A DNA stretch of 64,000 bases from Eledone cirrhosa. Its lineage: Eukaryota. The notes beneath the pieces were generated by a model that did not search any database, was not told the DNA's origin, and saw only the letters and a program-made list of their open reading frames with translations. The DNA is taken from the NCBI GenBank assembly GCA_964016885.1, contig OZ024741.1, positions 372,186,001 to 372,250,000 of the forward strand, in the 5' to 3' direction. The position numbers were made by a program, and so were the translations under genes. Of the stretch, positions 48,471 through 61,283 are shown one piece after another; the first letter of the stretch is position 1; each line of letters opens with the position of its first letter.

Positions 48471-49691
48471 AGATAGTAGAAAATTTCTATACTAAATATA
48501 TTAAACATACTATTATTTTGAAATTATAACTTAAAATATTCTATAATATTTTAAAATTATATTGGTTTTAAAGTTATATTGCTTATAATTATATTTTCAA
48601 ATTGTAATATAATTCTTTTGTATTTTATGTACTCAATTATACTATGTACTGTATTTATATATACTTCTCTCTATATGTGTGTATATATGTATATGTGTTT
48701 ATTGACATACATGTACATATGTTTTATGCGTGTATGTCTATCTGTATGTATATGTATACGTGATGCGAATCTACCTATTTGTTGAGGGTACACATATATG
48801 TATGTATATGTGGGAATTGTGTATGTACATGTGCGTGTATATCCATACAATTCGATTGCACTTATGTATAGTGATTATCCCAAGATTCGTGACAGATAGA
48901 CATATAATAACAGCTATAAATACATAACAGGTAATCTTATAAAACTTATATAAATAAATTTTGTTTAATAACATAAAGTGTGTATAACATAAAATTTCCT
49001 TTAATATCTTAACAATTATAACATTTTATAAGATTCCTATATCTTAAATTAAACTAAAGAATCCTTTATGTTTTGTGTGTATATATTATATACGTAATTA
49101 GATATGTATATGTATTTTGTAAGTGTGTATATATATTTATATGTATGTATTTTTGCGTGTGTATACGTGTTATATAATATATAGATCTTTAATAATATAT
49201 GGATCTCTTAATATATAGATCCCAATTTTTAATATGTTGATCTCAATATTTAAATGATTAACTAAACATCTAATCATATTTAAACAATGGTTAAATTTTT
49301 CATATTATATATGTATATTCCATTCATGATTATTAACATTTCTAATTTTATTTATTCATTTCATCTCAATTGTTAAGTTAACTCAACAAGATATGACTTA
49401 GAGTTTTTCGTTCTCTCCCCTTTTCTCTGTCTCCTCTCTCTCTCTCTATCTTTCTCTCTCTGTTGTTTCTGGTCTTTCTCTCTCTTTCTCTTTCTTTCTC
49501 TCTTTATTTCTCTCTCCTTCTCTATCTTTCTCTTTCTCCGTAACCCAACGGCTTATTTTAAAAATAAATAAAAATATCCAATAGTAATAATATAATTAAA
49601 GCTACAACTCCACTACCAGGGAGCTTCCAACAGCAATGGTTGCATTCTTTAAGGGTATGTCAATATTTATTTATAAAACTGATCTATATTA

Positions 49692-49756
49692 TATTTTATC
49701 TGATGAAAGCACACCATAATTTAACTTGGTGTCCTTGAAATATGTATAATGAAATA
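49692..49756 (+). ncRNA. Minimal hammerhead ribozyme
   Basis: TATTTTAT-CTGATGA-AAGCACACCA...TGGTGTCCTT-GAAA-TATGTA-TA-ATGAAATA. Confidence 0.65.
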
Positions 49757-49880
49757 AATATGGTTTTATAAATATAGTTTCCATTTGTTAATATCGTATT
49801 TTTACTCCAAATATTTGTTGAGTGCTTTATATCAGTTATAAAAATATTTGCTTGTTGTATCCCAACAATTTAAATAGAAC

Positions 49881-49983
<103 letters not shown>

Positions 49984-50094
49984 TATTCATACACAGGTAA
50001 ATGTGCACTAAGACATGAATTCTATCTTGAGGTGTTTTTAGAGACAAGACATATGTTTGATTTTGTATCATTCATGACACTCTTTACTTTGGAA

Positions 50095-50167
<73 letters not shown>

Positions 50168-50428
50168 TTTCTTTATTAACCACAAGGGTTTACATAAAGT
50201 AGACATTAAGGACAGTGCAGGACAATGCAGGACGGTACAAATGGGCATTTCTGCGTGTAAAAAAAACAAAAACAGAGGATGTGACAAAAATAACAATGAA
50301 AATAACAATGAAAAATTCCCCAATAGGGGGGAGACTTCGGAGGGACATTTGTGGAGAAAGCCCAGTAAAAAGCCACAATGACCCTGACCACCAAGGCAAG
50401 TGCCCTCTCCCAGTTTTCCACCTTTAAT

Positions 50429-53400
50429 TTACAGATATATGCTCAGAGTAGGCCCATTCACTCGGGCCATTCTTGCTTCTCTCACCCATCTTTCAACAAA
50501 ATGCTGGGAAGAGAGCACTTCCCTCTCTACTCTGATTTTCCTTTTCAAATGAAATTTGAAAAAGTCAATCAGAGCATCACCGAAGAGGTAAGTGCTCGTC
50601 TTCAGCCCTTTCAAACGTGTCCACCATACTATCTCTTTCGCCATGGCCACCAGGCAGATAAAAACTGCCTGCCCTTCCCGGCTAAAGGAGGAGGGCGGGG
50701 CAATCCTCACGATGGACTCAGATGATAGCCGGATCCGTCCTAAACGCGACAGCAGGTGTTCGACATAAACCCACAAGTCAGCAATTTTCGGACACTGGAC
50801 GAGTGCGTGCAGGACGGTTTCGTCGCCCTGCGCGCATCTCGGACATGCCCGGCTGACGGCACCTCCATGCCTGTAGAGTTTATCCCGAACTGGCAAGGCT
50901 CCTCGGTAGCACTGCCAGGCCAGAGATTTCTGGAAGTTGTCCATAGGCCCTGGCCCGAAAGTTCTTCCGAAGAGATTGGCTAGTTGATTTTCGTCGACGC
51001 CTAGAGTTTCCCCAAGTACGTCGTCGCTCTTCCCCTCCACTAATCCTCTATAGAACGCCGAGGTGGAGTTTCCACCGATCACATTGCCCGATTGGTCGAG
51101 GGCTGTGAGCGCCTGAAGACATTCCAGTCTCCAGGCGCTCCCTCTCGGTCTTCGCTTGACCCAGGACTGCAGCTCCGTCAAGGAAACGAGCTGGGGAAAA
51201 ACGCGTCTAGCAAACGGCGACCACACCTGATCACCGTCGAGGAAGAGGTGGAGATGTCGTAGCCTGAGCGCGTGCCTGCGCATCATCAGCCACGGCATGC
51301 CCAGCCCTCCACGTAGCGGGTGTTGACAACAGATGGACCGCCTGACCATCGGAGCACGTCCCTTCCACAAAAAGCGAAAGAGCAAACGCTCCAGCGCAGT
51401 CAGGCGAGGCTTAGGACAAGGTACGACGGTTAGGCGGTAGCAGATGACAGACGCGATGTACGCGTTAGCCACCTCCGCTCGACCTTTCAGGGATAGCTTC
51501 CTCTCCGCCCATTTCTGGGTGAGAGAAGCCACCCTGCTCGTCACCTCGTCCCAGTTTTTGTCCGTCTGGAGGTCCGGACCGAACCAGACCCCTAGCAATT
51601 TAACCGGTCCGTCCGTCCAGCGCCCGACGACGCTGTTGGACGGCATGGACCTGCCTCTCCAGGTGCCGAGCTGCAGGCCCACTGACTTTTCCTGGTTGAT
51701 CATTGCTCCTGTCACCGCTTCGTATTCTCTTAGTGTAGTGCCGATCGCCTCGATGTGTTTGGCGTTCGACACCACTACGGTGACATCGTCCGCATATGCT
51801 GACACGGATCTTCCGCATCCTAGTTCGCGCGGGACTCCCCTCAACGTCTCCAGTTTGTGCAGTAATGGCTCGAGAGTCAATACGTACAAGAGGGACGAGA
51901 GGGGACATCCTTGGCGGACCGAGCGCATGATGTTGAACGGTTCCGACAGGTGACCGTTCACTCTCACCACAGAGCAGATGTCGCTGTGCATGGCAGCGAT
52001 CCAGCCTCTGAAGACGGGCCCAAAGCCAGCCGCCCTCAGGACTGCCGCTAGGTAACGATGGTCGACCCTATCGAAAGCTTTCGACTGATCTAAATTGATC
52101 AAGGACCCACCCGTGCCAGGTTCCCTAGCTACCCTCTCTACGATGTATCGCATGAGGTGGAGGTTGTCGTGGATGGATCTGTCGGGAATGGCGCATGTCT
52201 GCGCCTCTCCCACCAGACCACCAACGACAAGCGCCAACCTCTTTGCTAGCACCTTGGCCAAAATCTTAAACTCTGTGTTTAGCAGAGTTATGGGCCGGAA
52301 ATTGTCTATGTTATCCCCCTTGTTCGGATCCTTTCTCAGCAGTGCCACCGCTCCTCGGCTCACAGAACTGGGAATTCTCCCGTTCTGTTGCCAGTTGCAG
52401 TAGACGTCCGCCAAGAGGCCTCCGAACAAGTCTGGCATCTGTACGTAAAGTTCATAGGGCAGACCATCCAAACCAGGCGATTTACCCCTTGTGCAGCCAG
52501 TCATTGCCTCCCGTACTTCAGCGGCTGTTATCGGCTTTTCGCAACACTTCGCCTCAGTGGCCGAGAGCCGCGGCAGTCCGTCGAGGTAGACACTAAAGTC
52601 CATCCCTCTACCCGGCCCCCCGCTGCCCCCGAACAGCTGAGCGAAGTGTCGCTGAAAAGCTTCACACATTTGCCCGGGATCGAGTAGCATGCGCCCGTCG
52701 TGGTCCACCAAAGACCGGATCGTGGCTTTGTTGCCACGACGCGCCTCCGCCACTCGGGCCCATTGAACGGCTTTCGTCCCCTCGTGTCTGAGAGCACGCA
52801 CCCTAGCTCTGACAACGCAGCCTTCGTGCTTTGCATTGAAGAATTGGTCAAGGGCCAATTTCGCCGCAAGCACGTCGGTCGCAATGCCTTTGCTAAGCGC
52901 CTCGTCTAATTTTCTAACTAGTTCTCCCTCTGCTCTATTTTTCTCTATTGCTAAAGCCTTACTAAATCTAATCGATTCTATTCTAATCGCTCTTTTCAGA
53001 GCAAACCACCACTTGTTGTTGACGATGGCCCCCGTCAACGCCCGCTTAACTAGTTCGCTAATCCGGTCTCTGTAGGCCTTGCGCGCTGGTAAGGACGCGT
53101 TTAGCTTCCAGTAGCCGGGTCCTCGTCTATGAAGCCTATCTAAGTCAAGCACACAGATCACGAATTTGTGGTCCGTGTAGCTGACTATCTTGAATTGTGG
53201 ACAGCCTATGCTAGACCTATCTATTTCCCTACAAAATACTCTATCTAGATATGATCTGGATGACCCTATGCGGTTTGTCCAAGTCCACATTGGCACATTC
53301 GGGAAATCCAATCGGTACCTGTCAGACAGTTCAAAACGCCTGAGCAGGTTGGTGAGGCTCTTGCACCCTCCACCCCTATCCGCTAATCCCACACAGTCCC

Positions 53401-53848
53401 AGCGTGCATCTAAGATCCCGTTCCAGTCGCCCACTAACACTAAAGAGCGGGACGTTCCAAGAAAGGTCTCCAGACGCCGGAAGAAATCAGGCCGCCCTGC
53501 TCCTGTCGGGGCATAGACGGCCACTAGCCTGAAAGCTTGCCCGTCTCCGCTGGTCACGTCCAGCACCACCAGCTTACCCTCTGGGTCCAGGAAGATGGCC
53601 CGTATGGCGAGATCCAAACCTCTCCGAAAAAGCACAGCAACTCCTCCACCCGATCCAGGACGGCTGGGAGATGCGTACACATCGTAGCCGCCGAAGATCG
53701 GTGCGAAGGCCCGTGCTTCGGAGATTCTGGTCTCGCTGATGGCCACTACATCTATGTTTAGTGACCTGAGGTCGTTGAGCAGGTGACCCTGCTTCCATGA
53801 CGACCCCAAGCCACGCGCATTTATGCTGCCTATTCTGAGTGAGGTCAT
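50429..53848 (-). CDS. Tx1 ORF2: APE endonuclease + reverse transcriptase + CCHC, intact 1139 aa
   Basis: Motifs NARGL, ISET, VYAP, GDWN, YLD, TDH, WKLN, KSPGLDGL, RPITLLN, DQSKAFDRV, RQGCPLS, AYADD, GGLG and CPRC..ETVLHALVQC; no stops. Confidence 0.95.
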   Translation of the reverse strand: MTSLRIGSINARGLGSSWKQGHLLNDLRSLNIDVVAISETRISEARAFAPIFGGYDVYASPSRPGSGGGVAVLFRRGLDLAIRAIFLDPEGKLVVLDVTSGDGQAFRLVAVYAPTGAGRPDFFRRLETFLGTSRSLVLVGDWNGILDARWDCVGLADRGGGCKSLTNLLRRFELSDRYRLDFPNVPMWTWTNRIGSSRSYLDRVFCREIDRSSIGCPQFKIVSYTDHKFVICVLDLDRLHRRGPGYWKLNASLPARKAYRDRISELVKRALTGAIVNNKWWFALKRAIRIESIRFSKALAIEKNRAEGELVRKLDEALSKGIATDVLAAKLALDQFFNAKHEGCVVRARVRALRHEGTKAVQWARVAEARRGNKATIRSLVDHDGRMLLDPGQMCEAFQRHFAQLFGGSGGPGRGMDFSVYLDGLPRLSATEAKCCEKPITAAEVREAMTGCTRGKSPGLDGLPYELYVQMPDLFGGLLADVYCNWQQNGRIPSSVSRGAVALLRKDPNKGDNIDNFRPITLLNTEFKILAKVLAKRLALVVGGLVGEAQTCAIPDRSIHDNLHLMRYIVERVAREPGTGGSLINLDQSKAFDRVDHRYLAAVLRAAGFGPVFRGWIAAMHSDICSVVRVNGHLSEPFNIMRSVRQGCPLSSLLYVLTLEPLLHKLETLRGVPRELGCGRSVSAYADDVTVVVSNAKHIEAIGTTLREYEAVTGAMINQEKSVGLQLGTWRGRSMPSNSVVGRWTDGPVKLLGVWFGPDLQTDKNWDEVTSRVASLTQKWAERKLSLKGRAEVANAYIASVICYRLTVVPCPKPRLTALERLLFRFLWKGRAPMVRRSICCQHPLRGGLGMPWLMMRRHALRLRHLHLFLDGDQVWSPFARRVFPQLVSLTELQSWVKRRPRGSAWRLECLQALTALDQSGNVIGGNSTSAFYRGLVEGKSDDVLGETLGVDENQLANLFGRTFGPGPMDNFQKSLAWQCYRGALPVRDKLYRHGGAVSRACPRCAQGDETVLHALVQCPKIADLWVYVEHLLSRLGRIRLSSESIVRIAPPSSFSREGQAVFICLVAMAKEIVWWTRLKGLKTSTYLFGDALIDFFKFHLKRKIRVEREVLSSQHFVERWVREARMARVNGPTLSIYL

Positions 53849-53883
53849 GTTTAAAATAGAGTGGAAAAGATGGGAAAGACCAC

Positions 53884-55984
53884 TTACCGTACTTTTGGTA
53901 GAGGAGGGATGGTTTTTACATCCCTTTTCACTTGATCGTCTGGTGAAGGGACCGTTGAATCGTCCCTTCGGCTGGTCGTCGGCTCTTCTAAGAGAATGTC
54001 TGAGTATACTCTTCGATTGATGGTTCCTCCTAGGTCCCTGAAATCACCAACTGCGTTGGGGAATTTCGTTTTAATATTTGTGTATTGTTTCTGTGCTATT
54101 TTTAGCAGTCTTATGTTAGTTGGCGTTTTGATTGGTGCTGGTATTATGTAGTCCTGTTGTGAAATGTCTGTGTGTTCAATTATGTAAGTCATTAGTTTCT
54201 TGTTGTGTGTATTTATTGCCGTGCATTTGTTTTTCTGGGGGTGGGGTGTGGTTCTGCTATTTTCTTGTCGTTGTTGCTGGGTGTGTGTGTTTTGTTGTTG
54301 TGTTTGCGATGTTGGTGCTTGTGGTGGTGGTGTTGAAGGTGTTGTTGGCGGTGGGGTTGTCGCCGGTGGTGATGGTGGCGCTAGTGTGGGTGGTGATGGT
54401 GTTGGTGTTGTTGCTGCTGTGGGTCTCTTTGCAGTAGACTTTACCCTTTTCTCATTTCTTTCCTCACTTTTCAAAGGCGACGATGCGCTGCTTCTGCGTT
54501 TGTGCCTTCTTACGACCTTTTGCCATCTCTCTCCCACCTCACACTCCATGTCTGATTCTGTGAGGTCGGGGAGGGGTACCAACTCCACTCTTTCACTTGT
54601 TGTTGTTGGTGATGTTTGCACTGGAGTCTCTGTTGCAGCTGCATTTGGTATTGCTGTTGTTGTTGTTAGTATTTCCACTGCTGCTGCTGTTTTTGATTTC
54701 CGTGGAGTGGGTATGGGTGCCACGGGCCTATCGTTCCTGGTTGCCGCTTGTCCTGTTGCTGGTAGCCGTGGAGCCGGATTCGGAAGGAGGGGGGTTTTCT
54801 CCTTTCTCGGGGTCTTCTCGTTGCAGAAGGCCCTGAGGTGAGTCTTCGATCCACAGCGAAAGCATTTCGGGCGTTTGCCCTCAACACTTATGGGCAGTTG
54901 AGTGCCGTTATCGAAGTCTATCACATCCGGGATAGCTTCGATGCACTCCTGGTTGGTTTGGATTAGCATCTCAATGGAGGAGCCGACCCAATCTTCTCTT
55001 ACTTTTTTCTGTACTTGCAGTACAGTTGTTTTGTCCTCGATTCCGACGAGGACAGACGCGGCCAGCCAAGAAGGGGTCATTCCGGGGGGGACGTGGGTCA
55101 GTTTGACCCTCACAATTTTTTGCCCACAGTAGGAGGGCACCAACACCATTTCCTCGCTCCTTAGGGTCACTACTGATTGGGCCTTTGCCTCCTGGGGTGT
55201 GGCAAAAAGTACGTCTACGGTGGCATATTTTTTGCCTCGGGTGATGTGCGTTTTCCGCTGCCACACAGACCCCAAGGCTTTTTGTATTTGGGCCTCTGTG
55301 GCTCTTTCCACCCTACGGGATTTTGTACTTACTGTACGGTACGTGACCGTACAGTGCTCTTGGGTTTCGAAAAAATTTTTCGCTGCCTTGCAGATTGCTC
55401 GGTGTCCATTCTTTGTCACCATCTTCTTCGCTTCCTCTAATTCCTCATTTGTTATGAGGATTGTTTCCAAATTTTTCGCAATACCTGCAAATGAGATTGG
55501 TTTTTCTCTGCTGTTGTTGTTGTCGTCAGAGCTGCTGGTACTTTTGTTGTTGCTGCAGGTACTACGACTACTGCCTCCGCCGCTGTTGCTGTGGTTGTTG
55601 TTGGTGTTGCTGCTGCTAATGCTGTTGTTGTTTATGCTGCTGGTGATGCTGTTGCGGCTGCTACTGTTGTTTTCATTGTCACTGTTGCTGTTGTTATTAC
55701 GGCTGCTACTGCTATTATTCCTGACGTCAGACGAATGAACTGGGTTTTCGTATTTCCCGCACACCTGTTTCGTCGCTGTCGTCGTCGTCGTGGAGAAACC
55801 TTGCACGCTTTGCACGAGACTTTTCTTTTCTTTCGTCGCTTGCGAAAGAGAAGGTAGGGAGAGAGACACATTTAAAGAAGGGAGGGAGAGAGACAATCTT
55901 CTCTCTCCTGTAGTGATGATTGAGGAAGAAGAAGACGGAATGAGTGGGAGTGACGTATGAAATTTTTTTTTTTTTGGTAGCCAT
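53884..55984 (-). CDS. Tx1 ORF1 (gag-like, CCHC knuckle, Ser/Asn- and Pro/Thr-rich tracts)
   Basis: CFRCGSKTHLRAFC knuckle and SFA motif. The best ATG (AAACATGG, 55984) reaches the long frame only if the following A13 run is A12. Confidence 0.75.
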
Positions 55985-56218
55985 GTTTTTTTGTTTAAAA
56001 TGAAATTTTGGGTACAAAACCCCAATAACTGGCTATTTAACCCCGAAGGGCCAAATAACGGACAGAAAGACCCCTCTCACGAGGAGGAGGGTGTCTTTAT
56101 CAACAATTTGGTTCAAGTTTTAAACAATTTACAATTGTTTTAACGGTTAAAAATTACTATACCTTACAGAGCCGAGCCTCCGTCAACCATGGCATTCAAT
56201 AATAATAATAATAATAAT

Positions 56219-56620
56219 CTGTTCCAATAGACAAGAATGTATCTATAAAAACATTTGAAAAATTGAGCAAGTATAAGGACCTGGAGATAGAAATTGGAAA
56301 AATGTGGAAATTGAGAACTAAAACAATACCAGTGGTTGTAGGCGCTCTGGGAATGATACCTAAGGGGTCTAATGATTACTTATCGCAAATCCCAGGAAAC
56401 CCGCGTATAGGAGAAATACAAAAGATAGTACTAATGGGAACTGCCCATATACTAAGGAAGATTTTGTCAATATAAGTATATCACAAGTCTAAACACTAAA
56501 GATGCATGTGTGAATATATATGTTCTTTCTTGAACATGGCGGACCTTGTTGTCTCTTGAGGTCACTGGTTGTGACTTGGTGATAACTCGTATGAACATAA
56601 AGCAAGATAAATGCAACTGT
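56219..56620 (+). mobile_element. 3' fragment of an R4/Dong-like RLE LINE in (AAT)n
   Basis: Encodes EKLSKYKDLEIEI.KMW..TIPVVVGALG..IQKIVLMGTAHILRK; (AAT)n on both sides. Confidence 0.85.
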
Positions 56621-56835
56621 AATAATAATAATAATAAAAAAAAACAAAAATCAAAATCAAAGCAGCACAGCAACAACGAAAAACGTAAAGGAAATAAAAA
56701 TGAAGAGAAAAACAAACGGACGGACAGAGAAGGGAAGGGAAAAACTAAGTCAGACATTCAAACACTACATTACAATGAAACTTATGCTTATTCATTTTTG
56801 GGGTTTTTTCTGCTTGTTTGTTTGTTTGTTTATTT

Positions 56836-59800
56836 GGGTTCGTCTACAGCGTGATAATGCCACACAAAAGTCACGTGGAGTGACGAAACCACCGGAGACA
56901 AGTAATTCACCGGTGGTTATGTAACCATACATTCGCCAATCCTTGATAAGAGTGTTTAAATGTCGAACCTAAACAGTTCGAATAACGGTGAAATGGAGAC
57001 TAGAATGTCATGTGACAGACTCTCACCCAACAGGTGCTCCCTGGCTCAGCAGCAGGGACCTGGCTGTCAACCAAATACTGCTGGTGTCGGAGGAAGAAGA
57101 AGGAAAGGGACCAGAACCAACTGGACGAAAGAATTGAATAGAACTGTTATGCAATGTTACCTGAAGAGTAACCCCAAGGAGAAAGGCTATAGGAAAAGGA
57201 TGCATAACATCTGGAACGAGATTGGTCCATTTAAATTAGATGAACAAAAACTGGCCGGGCAGACTCGGGTAATAAGAACTAATGGGTGGATAAGCGAGCT
57301 GGAACTGGAGGAACTGAGCAGAGAGATTAGCTTGGAGATAGAGGCTGGAGTATGCCAGGCAAGCGAGCCAGTGGGAAATGAAGGTGAAGAGGTCGAGAGA
57401 ACGGAGGAACCACCCGAAACAGACAATGATCTGAATGCTGAGATAAATAATACCTGGAACAGAGATACGGCCACTTAGGAGATGAATGCTGACGGGCTAG
57501 GACAAGATTTGGTAGATATCCTAAACTTAGTGGTAGATGAATTGAACAATGATAGTGGGAGACCTATGAACCTAAGATTTGTAGACAGGAAAAAGTTAAA
57601 AGAAACAACAGCTAAGGTAAACAAAGTCATCCCATACCTTGAGGCGAGGAGCCTTCACCAGTGCATCAATATCCTCAAAGCAACAGCAAATACGGTGAGG
57701 AAACTACTTGGTATAAAAGCGAGAGGAAACAACAGACAAGAAAGAGCAGAGCCTTGGTGGAAGAAACGACTGAGTGGTCAAATCAGGGAAATGAGAAATG
57801 ACATTGGAAAGCTTGAGTCCCAACTGAATGGGACACTAAAAAACATAGACACTAAAAATAGACTGGAAATAAAGTACAAAACTAGGAGGAAAAAGCTAAA
57901 TATTATCATAGAGGAACTGAAGCAACGCATTGTAGCAAAGAGTGCAAAAATCAGGCGATACGAGAACAGAGTCAGCCAGTATAGACAGAACCGCATGTTC
58001 GACAACAACCAGAAGATGCTGTTTGGACAGCTTGAAGGGAAAGAAAGAGGCAACGACTTGATCCCTGAGGTGGAACAAACTAAAACATTCTGGAGAGGAA
58101 TATGGGAGCAGGATGTTAAACATAATGACCAGGCAGTGTGGATTGAGACAGTACAGAAGGAGATCAGTGAACAGGCACACCAACAAACTGATTTGAGTAT
58201 CACAGTTGAAACTCTTAAGGGGCAGGCCAAAAAACTAACCAACTGGAAATCACCTGGCCCAGATGGTGTGCAGGGGTATTGGATTAAAAACATAACATCC
58301 CTCCACCCGAAACTGACAACCATGTTCAATGACTGCTTGATGTCAGGTGAGATACCAGAGTGGTTGACAAAAGGTACCACAGTTCTGATAATGAAAGACC
58401 GAATCAAGGGTAATGATGTTACCAACTATAGACCTATCACATGTCTGTCCGTAATGTGGAAACTGTTGACAAGCATTATGTCTGACGAAATCTACCATCA
58501 CCTCCACACAAACAACTTGTTACCGGATGAACAGAAAGGATGCCGAAAGAAGTCACGTGGTACAAAAGACCAGTTACTTATTGATAAGATGGTAATGAGG
58601 AATTGCAAGAGGAGACACACTGGTCTTGCCATGGGATGGATAGACTACAAAAAGGCATTTGACATGGTGCCTCATTCTTGGATCACCAAAAGCCTGGAGA
58701 TCTTCAGGGTGGCAGATAACATCAGACAGTTGTTGGGCAAAAGTATGAAGTCCTGGGAAACAGAGTTAACATCAACTGGAGAATCCTTGGGAAGCGTGAA
58801 GATCAAGAGAGGTATCTTCCAGGGAGATAGTCTGTCCCCTCTGTTGTTTGTCCTTGCCCTGATGCCCCTGACCAGTGTACTGCGAAAAGTGAGGGCAGGA
58901 TACGGGTTGGGAAAGGGCGGGCTTACCATCAATCACCTCCTCTTCATGGACTATCTTAAGCTCTTCGGGAAGAGTGAGAAGGAGTTGGATGTGCTTGTTG
59001 ACACTGTCCGTATTTTCAGCAATGATATATGTATGCAATTTGGTATTAGTAAGTGTGGAGTCATTGTGATGAGGAGGGGTAAGTTGAGCAGAAGTAACGG
59101 AATCCAGGTAACAACAGGTGAGATGATAAAGGAAATTGACTCTGAGGAAGGATACAAGTATTTGGGCGTTCTGGAGGCTGATGACATCAAGAACAAAAAA
59201 ATGAAGGAATTGATAAGAACTGAATACCTTCGGAGAGTAAGGAGCGTATTAAAGTCACATCTGAACAGGAGGAATGCCATAAGTGCAGTAAATTCCCGAG
59301 CTGTGTCTATTATTAGGTACAGTGCAGGAATTCTGAGATGGAATGTTGCTGAACAAAAAGAAATGGATGGAAGACTAGGAAGCTATTGACTATCTACAAT
59401 ATGTTCCACAAGAGGAGTGATGTCGATAGACTCTACTTAAGGAGATCTGAAGGTGGAAGAGGTCTTATCAGCATAGAGGACTGTGTTCAGATGGAGAAAA
59501 ACAACCTACACAAATACGTGACTGATAGTAAGGAGCCAATGCTCAGAACTGTACTGAAGGAGGGGACAGTAGGCCAGGGGATGTCCAAGGAGGAAATAAC
59601 ATCAAGGAAAAAGAGCAGCCTTCAGGAAAAATCCCTTCATAGTACCTTCTTTGAGAAAACTGAATTTAGAGATCCACAGACATGGAACTGGTTGAAAAGA
59701 GGAGACCTTAAAAAGGCTACAGAAGGAATGTTAATGGCTGCGCAGGAGCAGGCCCTCAAAACGAAGTGGTTGAAACACCACATTTACAAGGAGCAGGCTA

Positions 59801-60450
59801 ACCCACTGTGCAGGATCTGTGGAGAGAGAGAGGAGACTGTGGCTCACATTGTATCCGAGTGTAAACACCTAGCCCAGACTCACTATAAGGGCTGGAGACA
59901 TGATGTGATGGGCAGGGTGATCCACTGGCACCTATGCAAAGTAAACAATTTACCACATTCTGACAAGTGGTATGAGCATAAGCCAGAGGCGGTGATAGAA
60001 AACGATCAGGTGAAGGTGCTGTGGGATTTTAGGATACAGACGGACAAGAAACTGGAACACAATAGACCTGACCTGGTGGTTTTGGACAAAGAAAAAAGAT
60101 CGTGCCTGATTGTGGATGTGGCCTGCCCATTCGACACGAGAGTGCAAGAGAAGGAGAGGGAGAAAATTAACCGATACTAGGACTTAAAGTGGGAGGTAAA
60201 AAGGATTTGGAACTGCCATGAAGTCAAAGTGATCCCGATTGTCATAGGCGCACTAGGGACTATCTCAAAAGGTTTCCAGGGATGGTTAAAGAAAATTGGC
60301 CCCTTCACGCTTTTTGGAACGCTTCAAAAGGCATGCTTGCTGGGAACAGCAAGAACCCTCTGATACGTCCTGAATATCTGAGGCTGCAGGTAGTGGCTTG
60401 ATATTCATTTTAACAAACTTTCCAGTTAACTAACATCAATGACTGAGACT
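56836..60450 (+). mobile_element. Near full-length R4/Dong-like RLE LINE, inactivated (5' boundary uncertain)
   Basis: ORF 56960-60380 has GYRKRM..W, PWWKKRL, NWKSPGPDG, WIDYKKAFDMVPHSW, GIFQGDSLSPL, FMDY (for FMDD), CRIC..HIVSEC, RHD and RPD..DVACP. Stops at 57476, 60178 and 60361, a frameshift near 59370, and an A-rich/(TAA)n tail. Confidence 0.88.
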
Positions 60451-60515
60451 AAAAAAAAAAATAAAAAAAAAAAAATAAAAAAAAAAAAATAATAATAATA
60501 ATAATAATATATATA

Positions 60516-60600
<85 letters not shown>

Positions 60601-60931
60601 ATATAGTAATCAGAGCCATTTAATCGAATTTCCCAACCGTAGAAATTGCTGGCCTAAATTAGAAACAGTTTTGAATGGGAAATGTCGGGAAAAGTATTTG
60701 ATGCTGAATCACCTATTGAGTTAATGTGTGGCAGATTCTCAAGCATATGTATTTTAGCTTCTGCTCTGTATAAAAACAGGTGAGACTGACATTGAGAAGA
60801 GGGTCCATTTGACCCTTACTTTACCGGGTGTTCATGTCGCCCAACTAGAGAGAAAACAAACAACGATTAAATAGAGAGCTAGAGGTAAAATAATCTGCCA
60901 TACTTTATAAACATTTGAGGCATTATAAACA

Positions 60932-60957
60932 AGCTGCTGCTGCTACTGCTGCTGCTG

Positions 60958-61007
<50 letters not shown>

Positions 61008-61008
61008 G

Positions 61009-61100
<92 letters not shown>

Positions 61101-61135
61101 GCTGCTGCTGCTACTACTACTACTACTACCACCAA

Positions 61136-61220
<85 letters not shown>

Positions 61221-61233
61221 CTGCTGCTGCTAC
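60932..61233. repeat. (CTA)n/(CTG)n compound microsatellite
   Basis: Seen directly in the sequence. Confidence 0.95.
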
Positions 61234-61283
61234 TAAATGAGTACCAGCAGTAGCTGGGGGTTTAACCTTGCAGTGGACAGGCG

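Larger units (their letters stand above)
50166..56197 (-). mobile_element. Full-length Tx1/L1-clade LINE inserted in an (AAT)n microsatellite
   Basis: (AAT)n at 50097-50165 and 56198-56218 directly abut the ends. The element has two ORFs and ends AATAAAGAAATC. Confidence 0.92.

Noticed and set aside
53875-53895. GTAAGT donor overlapping the Tx1 ORF1 stop, suggesting an ORF1-ORF2 splice
   Set aside because: There is no AG acceptor before the ORF2 ATG and the gap is too short, so the splice is unsupported.
56030-56100. HDV-like ribozyme in the Tx1 5' UTR
   Set aside because: The L3-like motif is too far from the GG/P4 element and no catalytic C is in place. Two simple hairpins explain the sequence.
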